A model generated the notes under the pieces. That model saw nothing but the letters and a program-made list of their open reading frames with translations, searched no databases and had not been told where the DNA came from. Made by a program: the position numbers and the translations under genes. Source: Candidatus Saccharimonadales bacterium (GTDB taxonomy: Bacteria; Patescibacteriota; Saccharimonadia; QS-5-54-17). Taken from it: a DNA stretch of 64,000 nucleotides. Positions 40,384 through 56,200 of this stretch are shown here, one piece after another. The stretch's first letter is position 1. Every line of letters begins with the position of its first letter. Where the stretch lies: assembly GCA_040903985.1 (NCBI GenBank), contig JBBDUI010000002.1, forward strand, positions 198,038-262,037, read 5' to 3'.

Positions 40384-40642
40384 TCCATTTGGATTGAATT
40401 ATAAAAGTACGAAACAGTGACGCGCTCTAACCGGGCTGAGCTAATCGCCCTCCAGCTGTATTTTACTATCTTCAGAATACACAGTGACGCACACTAGCTG
40501 GGCAGCTGTGTCCGCCATAGCCCCCAAGCGACGGCGGAAGCTAATCGCCCCTATAAAAGCACACCTTATTGTAACCAGAAATCACCTCCTGGGGCAAGTC
40601 GGAATTACTGGTATCGATATTATTTATGTTTAGTAGTCATTT

Positions 40643-40680
40643 AAACAACAATCACCCTGTCATTCGACAGGGTGATTGTT
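40643..40680 (-). terminator. Terminator-like hairpin downstream of 16S
   Basis: aacaatcaccctgtc-attc-gacagggtgattgtt. Confidence 0.65.
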
Positions 40681-40956
40681 TGTAGCTTTAAGTGCTTAGA
40701 CTGTGCAGCATAACCAACCCCGCACCTGAGATGCAGGCAATAGCATAAGCTATTGCGACTCGGCTAGCCCTAACTTTCTAATGAAATAGCTAGGAACTAG
40801 TTACAGCTAAAGTTCTTGCGAACTTTACTGCATTTCAGGTGCGGGGCCGACCTTGGGATCTATCACTAACTCGACCCTTCGTTCCCACCAATGGCGGGAC
40901 CTTATCTTCGAGCGTAATAGGTCTAGTTTCGATTATTAATCGAAACGGTTTTCCCT

Positions 40957-42444
<1,488 letters not shown>

Positions 42445-42704
42445 AGCTAAGCTCGAGATCACCTTGCGGTTCACTCGGCCACTTAGCTTATTGAATTTGA
42501 TTGCTCAAAAACTAACTAACATTGTTTTTTGTAACGTACAAATGTAAAAACGTTTGTCTCGATGTCACCACCGAGACGGAATTGATCCCCGATAAAATCG
42601 GGGAAAAACGGTTATACTGCACAGTCTAAATTCTTAAAGTACCTCACGTAGTGATAAAAAAAGCTCCCTAAACTCGGGCGCTTGCTCACAAACGTACAAA
42701 TTCT

Positions 42705-42734
42705 ATAATAATCGAGCGGCATAGACAGTGTCAA
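42705..42734 (-). promoter_or_regulatory. 16S promoter
   Basis: TTGACA-18 bp-TATTAT; boxA-like TACTTTAAGAA near 42631-42641. Confidence 0.6.
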
Positions 42735-42866
42735 CCCCAGCTATAAGTTATACTAACTAGAAATAACAACCCCGGTTTTATAAACCAGCTGCTAGCCCCT
42801 ACTCCTCAGCCTTTAGCTAAATGGCTCACCTCGACGAGCGTAATCCTCTCTATTGGTCTCTACTAC

Positions 42867-45800
42867 CTACTCGGTAGCTGTCGGGCTAGAGAAGCCGGCC
42901 CCAATTACGTGGTAGTCAAAGCTGTATTCGGTACCAGCTGTCACCGGGACGGTAGTGACCAGCATGAACCCTGCGGGAGTCGACTTCACATACACCTCCA
43001 AGCTAGTAGCGGCGGCATTTCTAGCCGAAATCGTGACTCGGGGCGGGAAGGTGTAAATTTGAGAGAAGTCGATCCGCGCTAACTCATACTCATTAGTCTC
43101 CACCACGCTCTCTGATACCACCACATTAATAGTTCCGGCTACATCAGTTCCGCTTAAACTAACTGTACCGCCTTCTAGATCAGCCCCGGAACTGGCTTCT
43201 GGGGTGTTACCGGTGCTGAGAAGATGTCCTCCTATACTTAAGTTCATGCTTACTCGTACTGCTGAGACACTAAGAGTACCCCCGATCACCACATCTCCGG
43301 TCACCTCTAAGCTAGCCAGCGTACTAGCACCACTCACGTTCAAGCTTGAGAAGTCAACTTGCTCACCACTATCCTGTACGCTTTCGCTGGCTTGCTGTAA
43401 TTGTGGTATATAGTTCTCAGTCTTCACAAAGACCATCACTGAGCCGACGTCGCTACCACTGTAACTCTCTAGGGCATAGCCGACAATTCGTGCCGGATCA
43501 CTAGCTTTCATTCCGACCCCTGGAGTTTCAGAGAGGGTAATGGGGTCGCCTACAGCTATGCTGCCATTCTCTGTGGTTACATTTACTGGCACCCGACCGA
43601 CTAGGGCAAGCGGTGCGCCCTCGGTCTTCGAAGCTAAGACCAAACCAGGCTCAGTAGAGATAATCCCAGCTAGAGACACGCTCGTGGTAGCTCTCACTAA
43701 CTTGCCTTCGGCGTTAAAGGCCACGATGTCACCGGGCTCAACCGGCTCGGCGGTGGCATAATGCTCAGCAACGTCGGCAGAAGTATCGGTTAGGAAAGCA
43801 TGGGCCCGCACGTTACCGGAAACAGTTAACTTGCTATCGGGAGAGGTGGTGCCGATACCTACATTTCCGCCCTGGATGAGAGTATTGGCGTTAGCGTCAA
43901 TCGTAAAAGCGTTAACCGTAGTCTCTTGGTAGTTGCTGATAGTTTCGCCATGAGAGACCACTGCAGCATAGGGCACGATCGGATTAATTATAGTTGGTAA
44001 CACCGTGCTGTTGGTTGGGCTATGACTGCCTACAGACGGGCTGACTGTAATTGATTCGGGCGAGATGTCAGTCTCCTCAAGCTCAATATCTTCACAAATA
44101 TCACCGCACCCCTCGATGTTAACCAGGCCATGAAATTTAGCCGCCATGAAATCGCTACCACCTGTACCGTAGCTAGACGTAATGCCAGCCACCACATACC
44201 CTCCATCACTAGTCTGGCGAGCAGATCGAATTTGATCGCTACTGGTGCCGCCCACTACCCTAGTCCACTCTTCAGCTCCACTGGAGTTAAACTTAATCAA
44301 CATAAAGCTGTTATTGCCCGGCCCATAGCTGGCGGTATAGCCGCCTAGAATGTAGCCTCCGTCACTAGTCTGCTGTACTGATTGAACGACATCACTACCA
44401 GTTCCACCCGCTACCTTAGTCCACTCATGAGCTCCATCAGAGTCGAGCTTAACCAGCATAAAGTCGTTACTACCGGCACCGTAACCGGAGGTATAGCCTC
44501 CAATGATATAGCCCCCGTCACTAGTCTGCTGTACGGACTGGGCTGTTTCGCTACCGGTGCCACCTATCACTCTTGTCCACTCATGAGCTCCATTGGAGTC
44601 GAGCTTAACCGTCATAAAGTCGCCACTGCCCGCACCATAGCTGGAGGTAGAGCCGGTCAAGATGAAGCCACCGTCACTGGTATAATCCATATCATTCGTC
44701 GTATCACTACTACTTCCTCCGATCGCACGTGTCCAGAGACTCACGCCATTACTATCGAGTTTGGTTATATTAAAATCATTACTACCCCCGGTTGTAAAAG
44801 TAGAGCTATACCAAGAGATGGCATAGCCTCCGTCACTGGTCTGTTTTACAGTAGAAGGCGATGACTCACTACTGGCGCCACCCAGTGTCTTACTCCAGCT
44901 AACCGCTCCATTAGCCGTAAATTTAATAACCATTAGATCGTAACTTCCCGCCCCCAAACCGTTAACTCGTCCCGAAGCGATATATCCCCCATCTGTAGTT
45001 AAATCTACCGAGTAGCCAATGTCACTACTGGTGCTACCCAGTACGGTCGACCATTCCAGCTGACCGAATACGTTAAGCTTAGAAAGCATCCAGTCGCCAC
45101 TACCCGCACCGTATGAGTTAGTCTCTCCCACAACGATATAACCACCATCACCGGTCTGACGGATTGAATAAGCCGAATCACTGCTCGTCCCGCCCCATGC
45201 TGTTATGAAACTCGATGTGCTTGTGCCGATATTTGCCCGAGTAGTCACGCGTAGAGCATCACGACTTAGATCGGTATGATCTATCTCCAGCCGACCTCCT
45301 AAACGAGTGTTGCCTTCTACGCGAAGATCCTCTTGAACAAATAGATCCCGGTCCAGGCGGGTATCGCCACCAACTCGAGCATCGCCCTCAACTAAAAGGT
45401 TACTAGTATGCGTCTGGCCGTTCGTTATCTTTACTACGGTCAGAGCGTCTGCCCCGCTACTTGCGATATATGCATAGCTGTCGGCAACAAATAACCCACT
45501 AGCACCTGCTAAATCGCCATCACTTATGCTGCCCGTCTGAGTCGGTGCAGCTGGGTCGACCACATCGACGACCGCTAACGTGCCCGTAGTGTCACTTGTA
45601 ACATACGCGTAGCCACCGCTGAAGAACACTTCGCTAGCGCCGGTCAATTCGGCCGATGTCACCGTGCCCACCTGGGATACTGCGGCCGGATTAGTAATGT
45701 CAATTACTGTTAACGAACCGGCTGTGGCGCTGGCCACGTAAGCATAGTCTCCACTCACAGCCACGCTTCTAGCCCCATTCAAATCAGTATTAGCTATGCT

Positions 45801-47015
45801 ATCGACTGTGCTTAAGGCGGCCGGATTAGTAATATCGATTACTGTTAACGAACCGGCTGTGGCGCTGGCCACGTAAGCATAGTCTCCATTCACAGCAACT
45901 CCCCGGGCGCCTACCAAATTAGCGGAGCTAAAGCTGCTAACTTGAGTTAAATCATTTGGATCACTGATATCAACAACCGTTAGGCTACCAGCATAATGAC
46001 TAGCGATATATGCATAGTTCCCACTAATAGCGATATCGCTAGCGCCTTCGAGATCAGTATTATTAATGTAAGTATCTACCTTAACAGGAGTAGTAGGATC
46101 GCTAATATCGATCGAGACGACAGAATCCGCATGGAAGCTGGCCACGTAAGCATAATCTCCACTTACGGCTACCCTTCTAGCACCATTAAGCTCGACCGCA
46201 TCCGATACGCTACCGACCTGGGCTAGCTCATCAATATAGCTAACATCAACTATCGTCAACGCATCGGCCTCAGAGCTTGCCACGTAGGCATAAGAGTCCC
46301 TAATAACTACTCCACTTGCCCCGACAAGTCCGGCAGTAGTTAAAGCCCCAGAGGAAGACAAGCTCGAGTTAGTAGCCACTCGCAATATATCCTGTCCGCT
46401 ACTAGTCTTAACAGCCAGAGCACTCGCTACCGGTGCGACTGAACGAACAGATGCCTCTCCATATACATCGAGTGCCACCTGCGGGCTGCTAGTACCAATG
46501 CCGAGACGACTACTAGTATTATCCCAGTGGAAGTTACTATTACCAGTTAAAGAGTCACTCCCATCAAAGAAAGCGATCTGGCCCACACTACCGCTACCCT
46601 GAAGGCCACCACTACCACCACCAGGACAGTTACCAGAGGCATCGCAGACTTGATTGCCATTTTGGAGTAAGCTGGTAGCTGTTATCTGCTGGAAGGTATT
46701 ATTGCCACTAAAAGTATTGTTCGCATTAAGAAAGGCTACATTACTACTTAAAGCTCCGTCAGCTACCGAACCTGCGCTCGAAATTGTCAGATCCTCATCC
46801 ACCTCACTATTCTGAATCGACTGTCCCAATAGCGAGACACTCGCATCAAGCCGAGCGTTAGACAATGTACCAGTACTTATATTACTAGCATTGGTAAAGT
46901 AGGAGCTTGTATTCCCTCCTAAGCTTGCTGCATTAACGTTAGTGAGATTAGCTCCGTCACCCTGGAGACTACCCGCGATCAAGGTACCAGATATATTGAT
47001 ATGCCCTGACTGCAC
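42867..47015 (-). CDS. Large adhesin-like protein (LVIVD-type repeats, second QTSDGGY propeller, GNVGIGT motif, chaperone-like C-terminal region); probably the 3' part of a split gene
   Basis: Repeated [12 protein letters not shown]...LTVIDI, repeated [11 protein letters not shown] and ADVAEHY...GIISTEPG. Confidence 0.7.
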   Translation of the reverse strand: MQSGHINISGTLIAGSLQGDGANLTNVNAASLGGNTSSYFTNASNISTGTLSNARLDASVSLLGQSIQNSEVDEDLTISSAGSVADGALSSNVAFLNANNTFSGNNTFQQITATSLLQNGNQVCDASGNCPGGGSGGLQGSGSVGQIAFFDGSDSLTGNSNFHWDNTSSRLGIGTSSPQVALDVYGEASVRSVAPVASALAVKTSSGQDILRVATNSSLSSSGALTTAGLVGASGVVIRDSYAYVASSEADALTIVDVSYIDELAQVGSVSDAVELNGARRVAVSGDYAYVASFHADSVVSIDISDPTTPVKVDTYINNTDLEGASDIAISGNYAYIASHYAGSLTVVDISDPNDLTQVSSFSSANLVGARGVAVNGDYAYVASATAGSLTVIDITNPAALSTVDSIANTDLNGARSVAVSGDYAYVASATAGSLTVIDITNPAAVSQVGTVTSAELTGASEVFFSGGYAYVTSDTTGTLAVVDVVDPAAPTQTGSISDGDLAGASGLFVADSYAYIASSGADALTVVKITNGQTHTSNLLVEGDARVGGDTRLDRDLFVQEDLRVEGNTRLGGRLEIDHTDLSRDALRVTTRANIGTSTSSFITAWGGTSSDSAYSIRQTGDGGYIVVGETNSYGAGSGDWMLSKLNVFGQLEWSTVLGSTSSDIGYSVDLTTDGGYIASGRVNGLGAGSYDLMVIKFTANGAVSWSKTLGGASSESSPSTVKQTSDGGYAISWYSSTFTTGGSNDFNITKLDSNGVSLWTRAIGGSSSDTTNDMDYTSDGGFILTGSTSSYGAGSGDFMTVKLDSNGAHEWTRVIGGTGSETAQSVQQTSDGGYIIGGYTSGYGAGSNDFMLVKLDSDGAHEWTKVAGGTGSDVVQSVQQTSDGGYILGGYTASYGPGNNSFMLIKFNSSGAEEWTRVVGGTSSDQIRSARQTSDGGYVVAGITSSYGTGGSDFMAAKFHGLVNIEGCGDICEDIELEETDISPESITVSPSVGSHSPTNSTVLPTIINPIVPYAAVVSHGETISNYQETTVNAFTIDANANTLIQGGNVGIGTTSPDSKLTVSGNVRAHAFLTDTSADVAEHYATAEPVEPGDIVAFNAEGKLVRATTSVSLAGIISTEPGLVLASKTEGAPLALVGRVPVNVTTENGSIAVGDPITLSETPGVGMKASDPARIVGYALESYSGSDVGSVMVFVKTENYIPQLQQASESVQDSGEQVDFSSLNVSGASTLASLEVTGDVVIGGTLSVSAVRVSMNLSIGGHLLSTGNTPEASSGADLEGGTVSLSGTDVAGTINVVVSESVVETNEYELARIDFSQIYTFPPRVTISARNAAATSLEVYVKSTPAGFMLVTTVPVTAGTEYSFDYHVIGAGFSSPTATE

Positions 47016-47664
47016 CGTCCTGACCGTCAGCTCCGGCTGGTCCTTGGGAGCCGGTCGGACCCTGAATACCCGCGGGCCCCTGAGGTCCGATAGGCCCTTG
47101 TGAACCAGTTGCCCCTTTTGCGCCGGCTGGACCTGAAGGACCAGTCGGGCCTTGTGGACCAGTGGCTCCCCTAGCTCCGGTCGCGCCTACGCTACCGCTA
47201 GCAATTACTCCATCCGAATCATCCGCTACAGCAGATTCATCGTTATCCTCCTCTACATCGTCAGCAGCTGGGCTGTCAGACTGTGAGGCTACCAGCTCCT
47301 CTGTAGCTTTACTTAAGTTCTCTACTTGAAGTGCTAATTTATCTTGTTGAGCGTCAAGTCTATCTTGCTGTAACGAGATTTCCCGCTCTGATTGCTGGCT
47401 GTTAGCCGCCGGCATAATACTCCTCATAGTCCACATCTGCGAAACAAGTAGTACTACTACCGCGATGCTGACAGCTATAACGGTAGCATGACTGGTGTTA
47501 TGCGGAGTGTAGGGCGGATAGTTATGGGGTGGGTATGGACCTGCGGTGCCCTGGGGATGATACGGCGAACCGACTACCGGTGCAGCCTGATTCGTGGGCA
47601 TATCAGGGGCTGATTGCTGATTATAATCGTCTGGCAAAACTGAGTTTTGTTGCTCGGGATTCAT
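46969..47664 (-). CDS. Membrane-anchored collagen-like protein; probably the 5' part of the split adhesin
   Basis: TM helix, coiled-coil stretch and about 20 Gly-X-Y triplets, ending in an out-of-frame tail. Confidence 0.7.
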   Translation of the reverse strand: MNPEQQNSVLPDDYNQQSAPDMPTNQAAPVVGSPYHPQGTAGPYPPHNYPPYTPHNTSHATVIAVSIAVVVLLVSQMWTMRSIMPAANSQQSEREISLQQDRLDAQQDKLALQVENLSKATEELVASQSDSPAADDVEEDNDESAVADDSDGVIASGSVGATGARGATGPQGPTGPSGPAGAKGATGSQGPIGPQGPAGIQGPTGSQGPAGADGQDGAVRAYQYIWYLDRG

Positions 47665-47855
47665 TATTTTGTGTTACGTTTATTCTCTATTTTGTATACT
47701 TTTTTTGTACTATTCTCTTGCAGAATAACCTACCCATAACAACTTGTCAACACATCCTATACCCTAAATATGCTCTCTGTAGCAAGAAGCCTGTCTATTT
47801 CTGATTTAACAATATGATACCCACTCAAATCACTAACCTGTGCGTCTAATGACTC

Positions 47856-48674
47856 TTACTTGCGGCGGCGTTTCTTGTTTTTTCGCACTTGTGTACGTGT
47901 CGCTCGATGACGTTCTAGCAATTTTACCTCGTAGCGGTAGTGTGACCCTATAAAACGATAAACGCGCCTCCACAGCACTATATGTAGTATCCCCAAGGCA
48001 GTTGTAATCATTAGTGGCCATAGCCGCCAGCTTCCAGCATGAATAGTCTGAAACTGTAATAACGACATAAACAGTCCGATAGCAGCCGGTAAGACGAGAC
48101 TCCACCAGATGATCAGCTTAAGTCGATGCGTTGTTCTCACCCGACGATACCGCTGTAGTATTAGTCGCGCCGCTAACGCGGTAAAGAATAATAAAGCAAA
48201 GAACAATAAGTAGGCACTCCTCTCCAGCGCTGGAGGAGACATTACTAACCATTCTAACTGATGGTCCCAATCAGAAGAAGTAAACAAAAGAGCCACTATA
48301 GCGCCAGCTATAGCGCCAGCGCCAACTTCAACCGGGGTATGGCCCATAATCTCTTTTACGAGCTTAGTGTTGCCTGATGTCTTCAATAGTACATTCATCA
48401 TGACCGATTGTTCCCCGCTGGAACGGCGAATACCTAGGGAGTCGTAGATGACAATAGCAGCTAGAACAGCTGCTATCCCAAAAATGGGACTCTGCAGCCC
48501 TTCAATTGCTAGAGCCGCAATAGCGACTGCAACTACGGTTGCACTATGAGCGCTCGGCATTCCGCCGGACTGATAAAACAACTTGAAATCAGGCGTCGCA
48601 ACTAGCGCTTTAAGGGAGAACTTAATTAGCTGAGCTACGAACCAAGCACTGAAAGCTATCAGCAGCAACTGCAT
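47856..48674 (-). CDS. Divergent PAP2 (DUF212) protein with extra C-terminal TM region
   Basis: SGGMPSAHS, YDSLGIRR and GHTPVE. Confidence 0.85.
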   Translation of the reverse strand: MQLLLIAFSAWFVAQLIKFSLKALVATPDFKLFYQSGGMPSAHSATVVAVAIAALAIEGLQSPIFGIAAVLAAIVIYDSLGIRRSSGEQSVMMNVLLKTSGNTKLVKEIMGHTPVEVGAGAIAGAIVALLFTSSDWDHQLEWLVMSPPALERSAYLLFFALLFFTALAARLILQRYRRVRTTHRLKLIIWWSLVLPAAIGLFMSLLQFQTIHAGSWRLWPLMITTALGILHIVLWRRVYRFIGSHYRYEVKLLERHRATRTQVRKNKKRRRK

Positions 48675-51154
48675 TACTCTTGTTCCGCCCCAGTATCAGA
48701 GATAAGAGCGACCGAAACGATCTCATCATCTTTGTTCAAGCGCATAATGCGCACCCCTTGGGTCACCCGACCGATGATCGATATCTCTTTCGTTCGCAAG
48801 CGGATGATCTGACCCCGGCGCGAGATGAGTAAGACCTCATCCTCTTCCGGAATGGTGCGAACTACGTTAATCACCGGGCCGGTCTTCTTGCTAATAACGC
48901 CGGCCTTAATACCTAAGCCGCCTCGCTTATGTACGGCGAACAATTTCACCTTGGTACGCTTACCGTAACCGTTAGCGTGGACCACCATCACCTGAGCATC
49001 ATCATTGACGACATCGAAACCAACCACTTTGTCGCCCTTGCGCAGGCGGATGCCTCGTACGCCGCGTGCACTACGGCCCATCGGACGCACATCGGTCTCC
49101 TCGAAACGCAGCGCCTGACCGTTAGCGGTTGAGATGAGGATCTGATCTTGGCCGGTTGTAATACGGACCCACTGCAAGAGGTCATCGTCATCGAGCCGAA
49201 TAGCGATAATACCGTTAGTGCGAATGTTAGAGAACTGTTCTAGTGATGTCTTTTTGACTACACCTTCACAAGTCGCCATGAGGAGATAAGTCTCTTTAGC
49301 CTCTTTCTCTTGGGGCAGCTTGATGATGGCACTGATGCCTTCATCGGGGTGCAACTGCAGGATATTAACGATGGCCTGCCCCTTGGCAGTTCGAGAGGCG
49401 ACCGGAATCTCATAGGCCTTAATCCTAAAGACACGACCTATAGTGGTGAAGAACAGGATGTAGTCGTGAGTATTCGCAAACACCATGTGGGCGATCACAT
49501 CCTCTTCCTTAGTACCCATCCCGACGACTCCCTTGCCACCGCGACCTTGGCTCCGGTAGGTGTCGAGTGTGGTCCGCTTGATGTAGCTACCCTTGGTGAA
49601 GGTAATGACTACCTGTTCGTTCGGGATCAGCTCCTCTTCGGAGAACTTGCCCAGCTCGTGCTCGACGATACTGGTCCGACGCTCGTCACCATATTTATCT
49701 TTCATCTCGACTAATTCGGCCTTAATAATCTTTAGAATCTCGGCCTCACTAGAGAGAATCTTCTCTAGCTTCTTAATCAGTACCAGAACTTCTTTCAGCT
49801 CGTCCTCTACCTTCTGGCGCTCGAGACCGGCCAGAGTACGTAGCTGCATACTTAAGATAGCGTTGGCTTGGAGCTCGCTGAACTTAAACTGCTTCATCAA
49901 GTTATCCCGGGCCGCATCGGTGCTCTCACTCGCACGAATCGTCTTGATCACCTCATCGATATGATCAAGCGCTATCTTCAGTCCTTCCAGAATGTGAGCG
50001 CGAGCCTTCGCCTTACGCAGATCAAACTCACTGCGACGGCGCACTACTAGCTGACGATGCTTCAGATACTCACTTAAGATGGCCTCGAGGTTAAGGACCT
50101 TAGGCTGGATACCGTCTACCAGAGCGAGCATATTCAAGTGAAACTTAGTCTGCATTGGGGTCAGCTTGTAGAGCTGGTTAAGAATCTTCTTCGGATAGGC
50201 ATCTTTCTTCAAATCGACAACGATGCGTACGCTTCCGCGCGAGCTCTCGTCCCGCAAATCGGCGATACCGGTTATCTTCTTGTCCTTCACCAGGTCGGCA
50301 ATCTTCTCGATGAGGGTGGCCTTGTTCTGACCATAGGGGATCTCAGTAACTAAAATCTGGTGCGCATTCTTACTCTCGACGATTTCCGCTACAGCCCGGA
50401 CGGTAACGCCGCCGCGACCACTACCATAAGCGTGGCGAATCGACTCCTGGCCATAGATGATACCACCGGTTGGGAAGTCGGGACCTTTCACAAAGTTGAG
50501 CAAATCATCGGTCGTCACGTCATCGTTCTCGATCATAAATACTAGCGCGTCTACTAATTCGCCTAGGTTATGTGGCGGGATGTTGGTGGCCATACCGACA
50601 GCGATACCCATCTGACCGTTGAGCAGTAAGTTCGGTACCTTAGCCGGGAGAACGGACGGCTGCTGCTCCGAACCATCGAAGTTAGGTACGAAATCGACTG
50701 TCTCTTTATCGATGTCGGCTAACATCTCACCGGCGATGGCCGTCATCCGAGCCTCGGTGTAACGCATGGCAGCAGCGGAGTCACCATCCATCGAACCGAA
50801 GTTACCCTGACCGTCCACCATCATATAGCGCATAGACCATGGCTGAGCCATACGAGCTAAGGAGTCATAGATTGCCGAGTCACCATGAGGGTGGTACTTA
50901 CCCATAACTTGACCGACAATGGTGGCACTTTTACGATGCTTAGTGTTGTGACGGATGCCGTTCTCGTGCATTGAGTAGAGAATGCGGCGGTGGACCGGCT
51001 TCATACCGTCCCTAACGTCAGGCAGGGCCCGGGCGACGATCACGCTCATCGAATACTCGAGATAGCTCTTCTCCATCTCATCAACGAGGTTCTTACTGTG
51101 AACCATACCTCGGTTGTCTTTTACGCTCTCTGGTAGTGTTGTATTATCTGCCAC
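48674..51154 (-). CDS. gyrA: DNA gyrase subunit A
   Basis: [17 protein letters not shown] and GyrA box QGRGGKG. Confidence 0.98.
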   Translation of the reverse strand: MADNTTLPESVKDNRGMVHSKNLVDEMEKSYLEYSMSVIVARALPDVRDGMKPVHRRILYSMHENGIRHNTKHRKSATIVGQVMGKYHPHGDSAIYDSLARMAQPWSMRYMMVDGQGNFGSMDGDSAAAMRYTEARMTAIAGEMLADIDKETVDFVPNFDGSEQQPSVLPAKVPNLLLNGQMGIAVGMATNIPPHNLGELVDALVFMIENDDVTTDDLLNFVKGPDFPTGGIIYGQESIRHAYGSGRGGVTVRAVAEIVESKNAHQILVTEIPYGQNKATLIEKIADLVKDKKITGIADLRDESSRGSVRIVVDLKKDAYPKKILNQLYKLTPMQTKFHLNMLALVDGIQPKVLNLEAILSEYLKHRQLVVRRRSEFDLRKAKARAHILEGLKIALDHIDEVIKTIRASESTDAARDNLMKQFKFSELQANAILSMQLRTLAGLERQKVEDELKEVLVLIKKLEKILSSEAEILKIIKAELVEMKDKYGDERRTSIVEHELGKFSEEELIPNEQVVITFTKGSYIKRTTLDTYRSQGRGGKGVVGMGTKEEDVIAHMVFANTHDYILFFTTIGRVFRIKAYEIPVASRTAKGQAIVNILQLHPDEGISAIIKLPQEKEAKETYLLMATCEGVVKKTSLEQFSNIRTNGIIAIRLDDDDLLQWVRITTGQDQILISTANGQALRFEETDVRPMGRSARGVRGIRLRKGDKVVGFDVVNDDAQVMVVHANGYGKRTKVKLFAVHKRGGLGIKAGVISKKTGPVINVVRTIPEEDEVLLISRRGQIIRLRTKEISIIGRVTQGVRIMRLNKDDEIVSVALISDTGAEQE

Positions 51155-51155
51155 G

Positions 51156-53165
<2,010 letters not shown>

Positions 53166-53236
53166 TTATTTACCCTCAAATATAGCTCAATTATACTGCT
53201 GAATCGGCCTACTAGCAAGAGCGAGCGGGTCGAGCG

Positions 53237-56200
53237 CTAACCTTGATGGACCTTACCTTCATCGTCGATATATATCTCACCCGGTTGCAGCTTGGGAACG
53301 GCTGACTCGGTAGGGTTACTCTCAGCAGCTTCGGGCTTAAGCGGTTTTTGCTCCGGCATCACTACCCCGGTACCAAACGGCGAGACTAACGGCTCACTAC
53401 TATCATCGGGGGTAGACTCTTCCGGCGGCACTGGCTGAGGCTGTACCACGTTTGCCTCCGGAGCTTCCGACTGTTGTAGGCCTGCCTCAGCCGTTTCGCT
53501 AGACTCAGGCCTCGCCTGAGCAGCTGTAGCGGCCGACTCAGCCGGCTCTACATGGGGCTCATCCCCTGCCGGCACTAATGGAAGAACACTACTATCCGTC
53601 TGCTCCACGTCGGAACTCGCGGACGCAGTAGAGATGTCACCCTCCACTTGAGCCGGCAGCTCGGGCAAATCAGGTGACTTAGGCGTAGATTGATCTGCGT
53701 CCTCTTCCTGCTGCAGCGCGGCTGAGGGTGGCGCTGGGAAAGATAGTGGAGACGGGGGTGTAAAAGTCTGGGAGTCACCGCTAGGAGGGGATGAAGCCGG
53801 GGCAGAACTGAATGATATAGGCTCAGGAGTAGATAGGTTCGGCGACTCAGACGGTGCGGGCGGCTGAGTCTGAGCCGATTCAGATACACCGCTACTCTTA
53901 GGAGCTGCCTGGTCGGCGTAGGTGGATGTCTGCTTAGGTGAGTGATCGGTTGGTTCAAGCTGAGGTCTAGGGGCAGACTGAGAAGCCGCTTGCTGCAATG
54001 TGGCACGACGTTTATCAAGCCACTCGTCTAAGAACGAAGCTGAAGCAGCCCCCCCGCTAGCTCCTGGACTGGCGGATGGCCCGGAACCACTCCCCAATGG
54101 CGGACCGGTCGACTCCCGGGAGTTGGTGGCTAAACTCTCAAACGGACTTGGAGCCGGTTGTGAGGCTACCCGATCGAATATCTCCTTCTCTACTTCAGCC
54201 CGAGGACGACCGTACTTAGCGGCCGAAAGCTTCTTCAGCGCCTGAGCTAACTGCGGCTTAGACGAAGCTAGCGGCGGCAAGGCAGCAATGTTAAACGGCT
54301 GAGTCGGTAACCCACCGCTCATCAATCGAATCGCAGCGTTAAAGTTAGGCAGGTTGACTAGATCACGCTCGTTAAAGGCCGGAGCAAACTGCTTCACTAG
54401 AAAGTCGGCATCGGCCGGACCGGTGCGGTAGCTAATAATAGTACCGACATTACCGAAGACCGCATCGCGAATCTCATCGCTCAACTGGGAGATAAACTGG
54501 TTAGCTACGATCAGGTTCATCCGGTACTTCCGTGCCTCGGACAGAATGAAAGCAAATGACTCGGTCGAAAAGTTCTGGAACTCATCGACGTAGAGAGAGA
54601 AATCTTTTCGCTCATCTTCCGGTACATTAGCCCGGCTCATAGCGGCAGCCTGGAATTTCATAACGAAAATCATACCGAGCAGCTGAGAGTTAAGTTCACC
54701 TAGGCGCCCCTTACTAAGGTTAGCGATTAGGATCTTATTACTATCCATCAGCTCACGCAGATCGAAAGCGCTCTTAGTCTGACCGATAGTGTTACGCATC
54801 AACTGGTTACTTAAGAAGGCACCAAACTTAGAGACGAACCAACTCACCACTTCACCAAAATCGTTAGAGCGCTGAGATTGTGGCATCTCCTTTTGCCAGA
54901 ACTCGCGGACCGACTGGTCCGTCACGTGCTTGAGCTTTTGCCGCACAAACTGCGGATCGCGGAACAGCTTCGGAATATCGACGAAGGTACCGCCGGCCGG
55001 ATCGGCCATGACCGTTAATGCGGCATTACGGAACAAGTGTTCATAGCGCGGACCGATGATACCGGTATGCTGCGGGTCATACAGGCGATAAAGCATATTA
55101 ATAGCTTCCTGAATCAAGAAGTCTTTCTGATCCTCCGTCCGGTATTCAAAGATGTTCAGTCCCATCGGGGTATCCATGTTGCCGGGATCGAAATAAATAA
55201 CGTCCTCACTCCGTTCCGGTGGCACCATGCCGAGCAAACGTTCGGCCTCATCACCATGCGGATCGACGAAGGCGAAGCCCTTACCATCCATCATATCCTG
55301 CACCATCATGTTTGATAGCGCCGTCGTCTTACCGGTCCCGGTCTGCCCCACGATATAGACATGACGCCGACGGTCTTCATCGCTGAGACGAATCTCCTTC
55401 TTTACACCATGGTAGGAATTGTGGCCCAGCATCACTCCATCTTTACTGAGCCGGGTCGGTCCTTCCACCTGCTTGGAAAACTGCCGCTGCAGCTGAGTCG
55501 TCTTAGTAAACTGATCGTCCGGCAGGTGGAATAGGGTGGCTAGCTCCACGCTGTTGAGTACCATCTTAGCTCGCTCTGGCGGGAAGAAACGGAAGATAAA
55601 ATCGGTCACAAACTTCTCGATACTCTTCGCCGGCTCGAACTTGAAGCCGTTTAGTCCCGGCGCATCGAAGAGGGAGAAGGCCGAGATGACGTTATGAGTG
55701 ATCGACTGGGCTCGCGTAGCCGTGCCAGAAGAGGCGATCACTCGAATTAAAACTTCATAGCCGGAAGACTTGGTCTTCTCCTCGATCGCATCTAGCATCG
55801 ACTGCTCTAAGCTAGTTAGCTGTTTAGGAGGCTTCGGACCGCTGTCCTTGTCCCCGCTCTCTGGCGCCTTAAAGGGAGCTTGCAATAGCGACTTAGCTGA
55901 AATGCCGGACGAGCCCTTATCGTCTCGCTTCTGCTTCACGATGTGCTCGGACGACTTTGTCCAACCTTCCCGCGCCGGCCGCACCAGTATCTGCAGACTA
56001 GCTCCATCCCCCTGCTCCAAACTGGTGAGAGACTTAATCACGGCCTGCATAGCATCCCGTTTCAACTGATTAACCGTAGCGATCGGATAGGAATAAGCCT
56101 GTTTTAGCTTAATCTCACCGCCGTAGGTACCTGTAATCTTACCGGTAGCCGAAAAGATATTATGGTCTTCGACCTCTTCCAGCTGAGCGCCCGGATAGGC

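Noticed and set aside
45682-45888. DGR template/variable repeat pair
   Set aside because: The repeats are adjacent, in-frame propeller blades, and there is no reverse transcriptase in the window.
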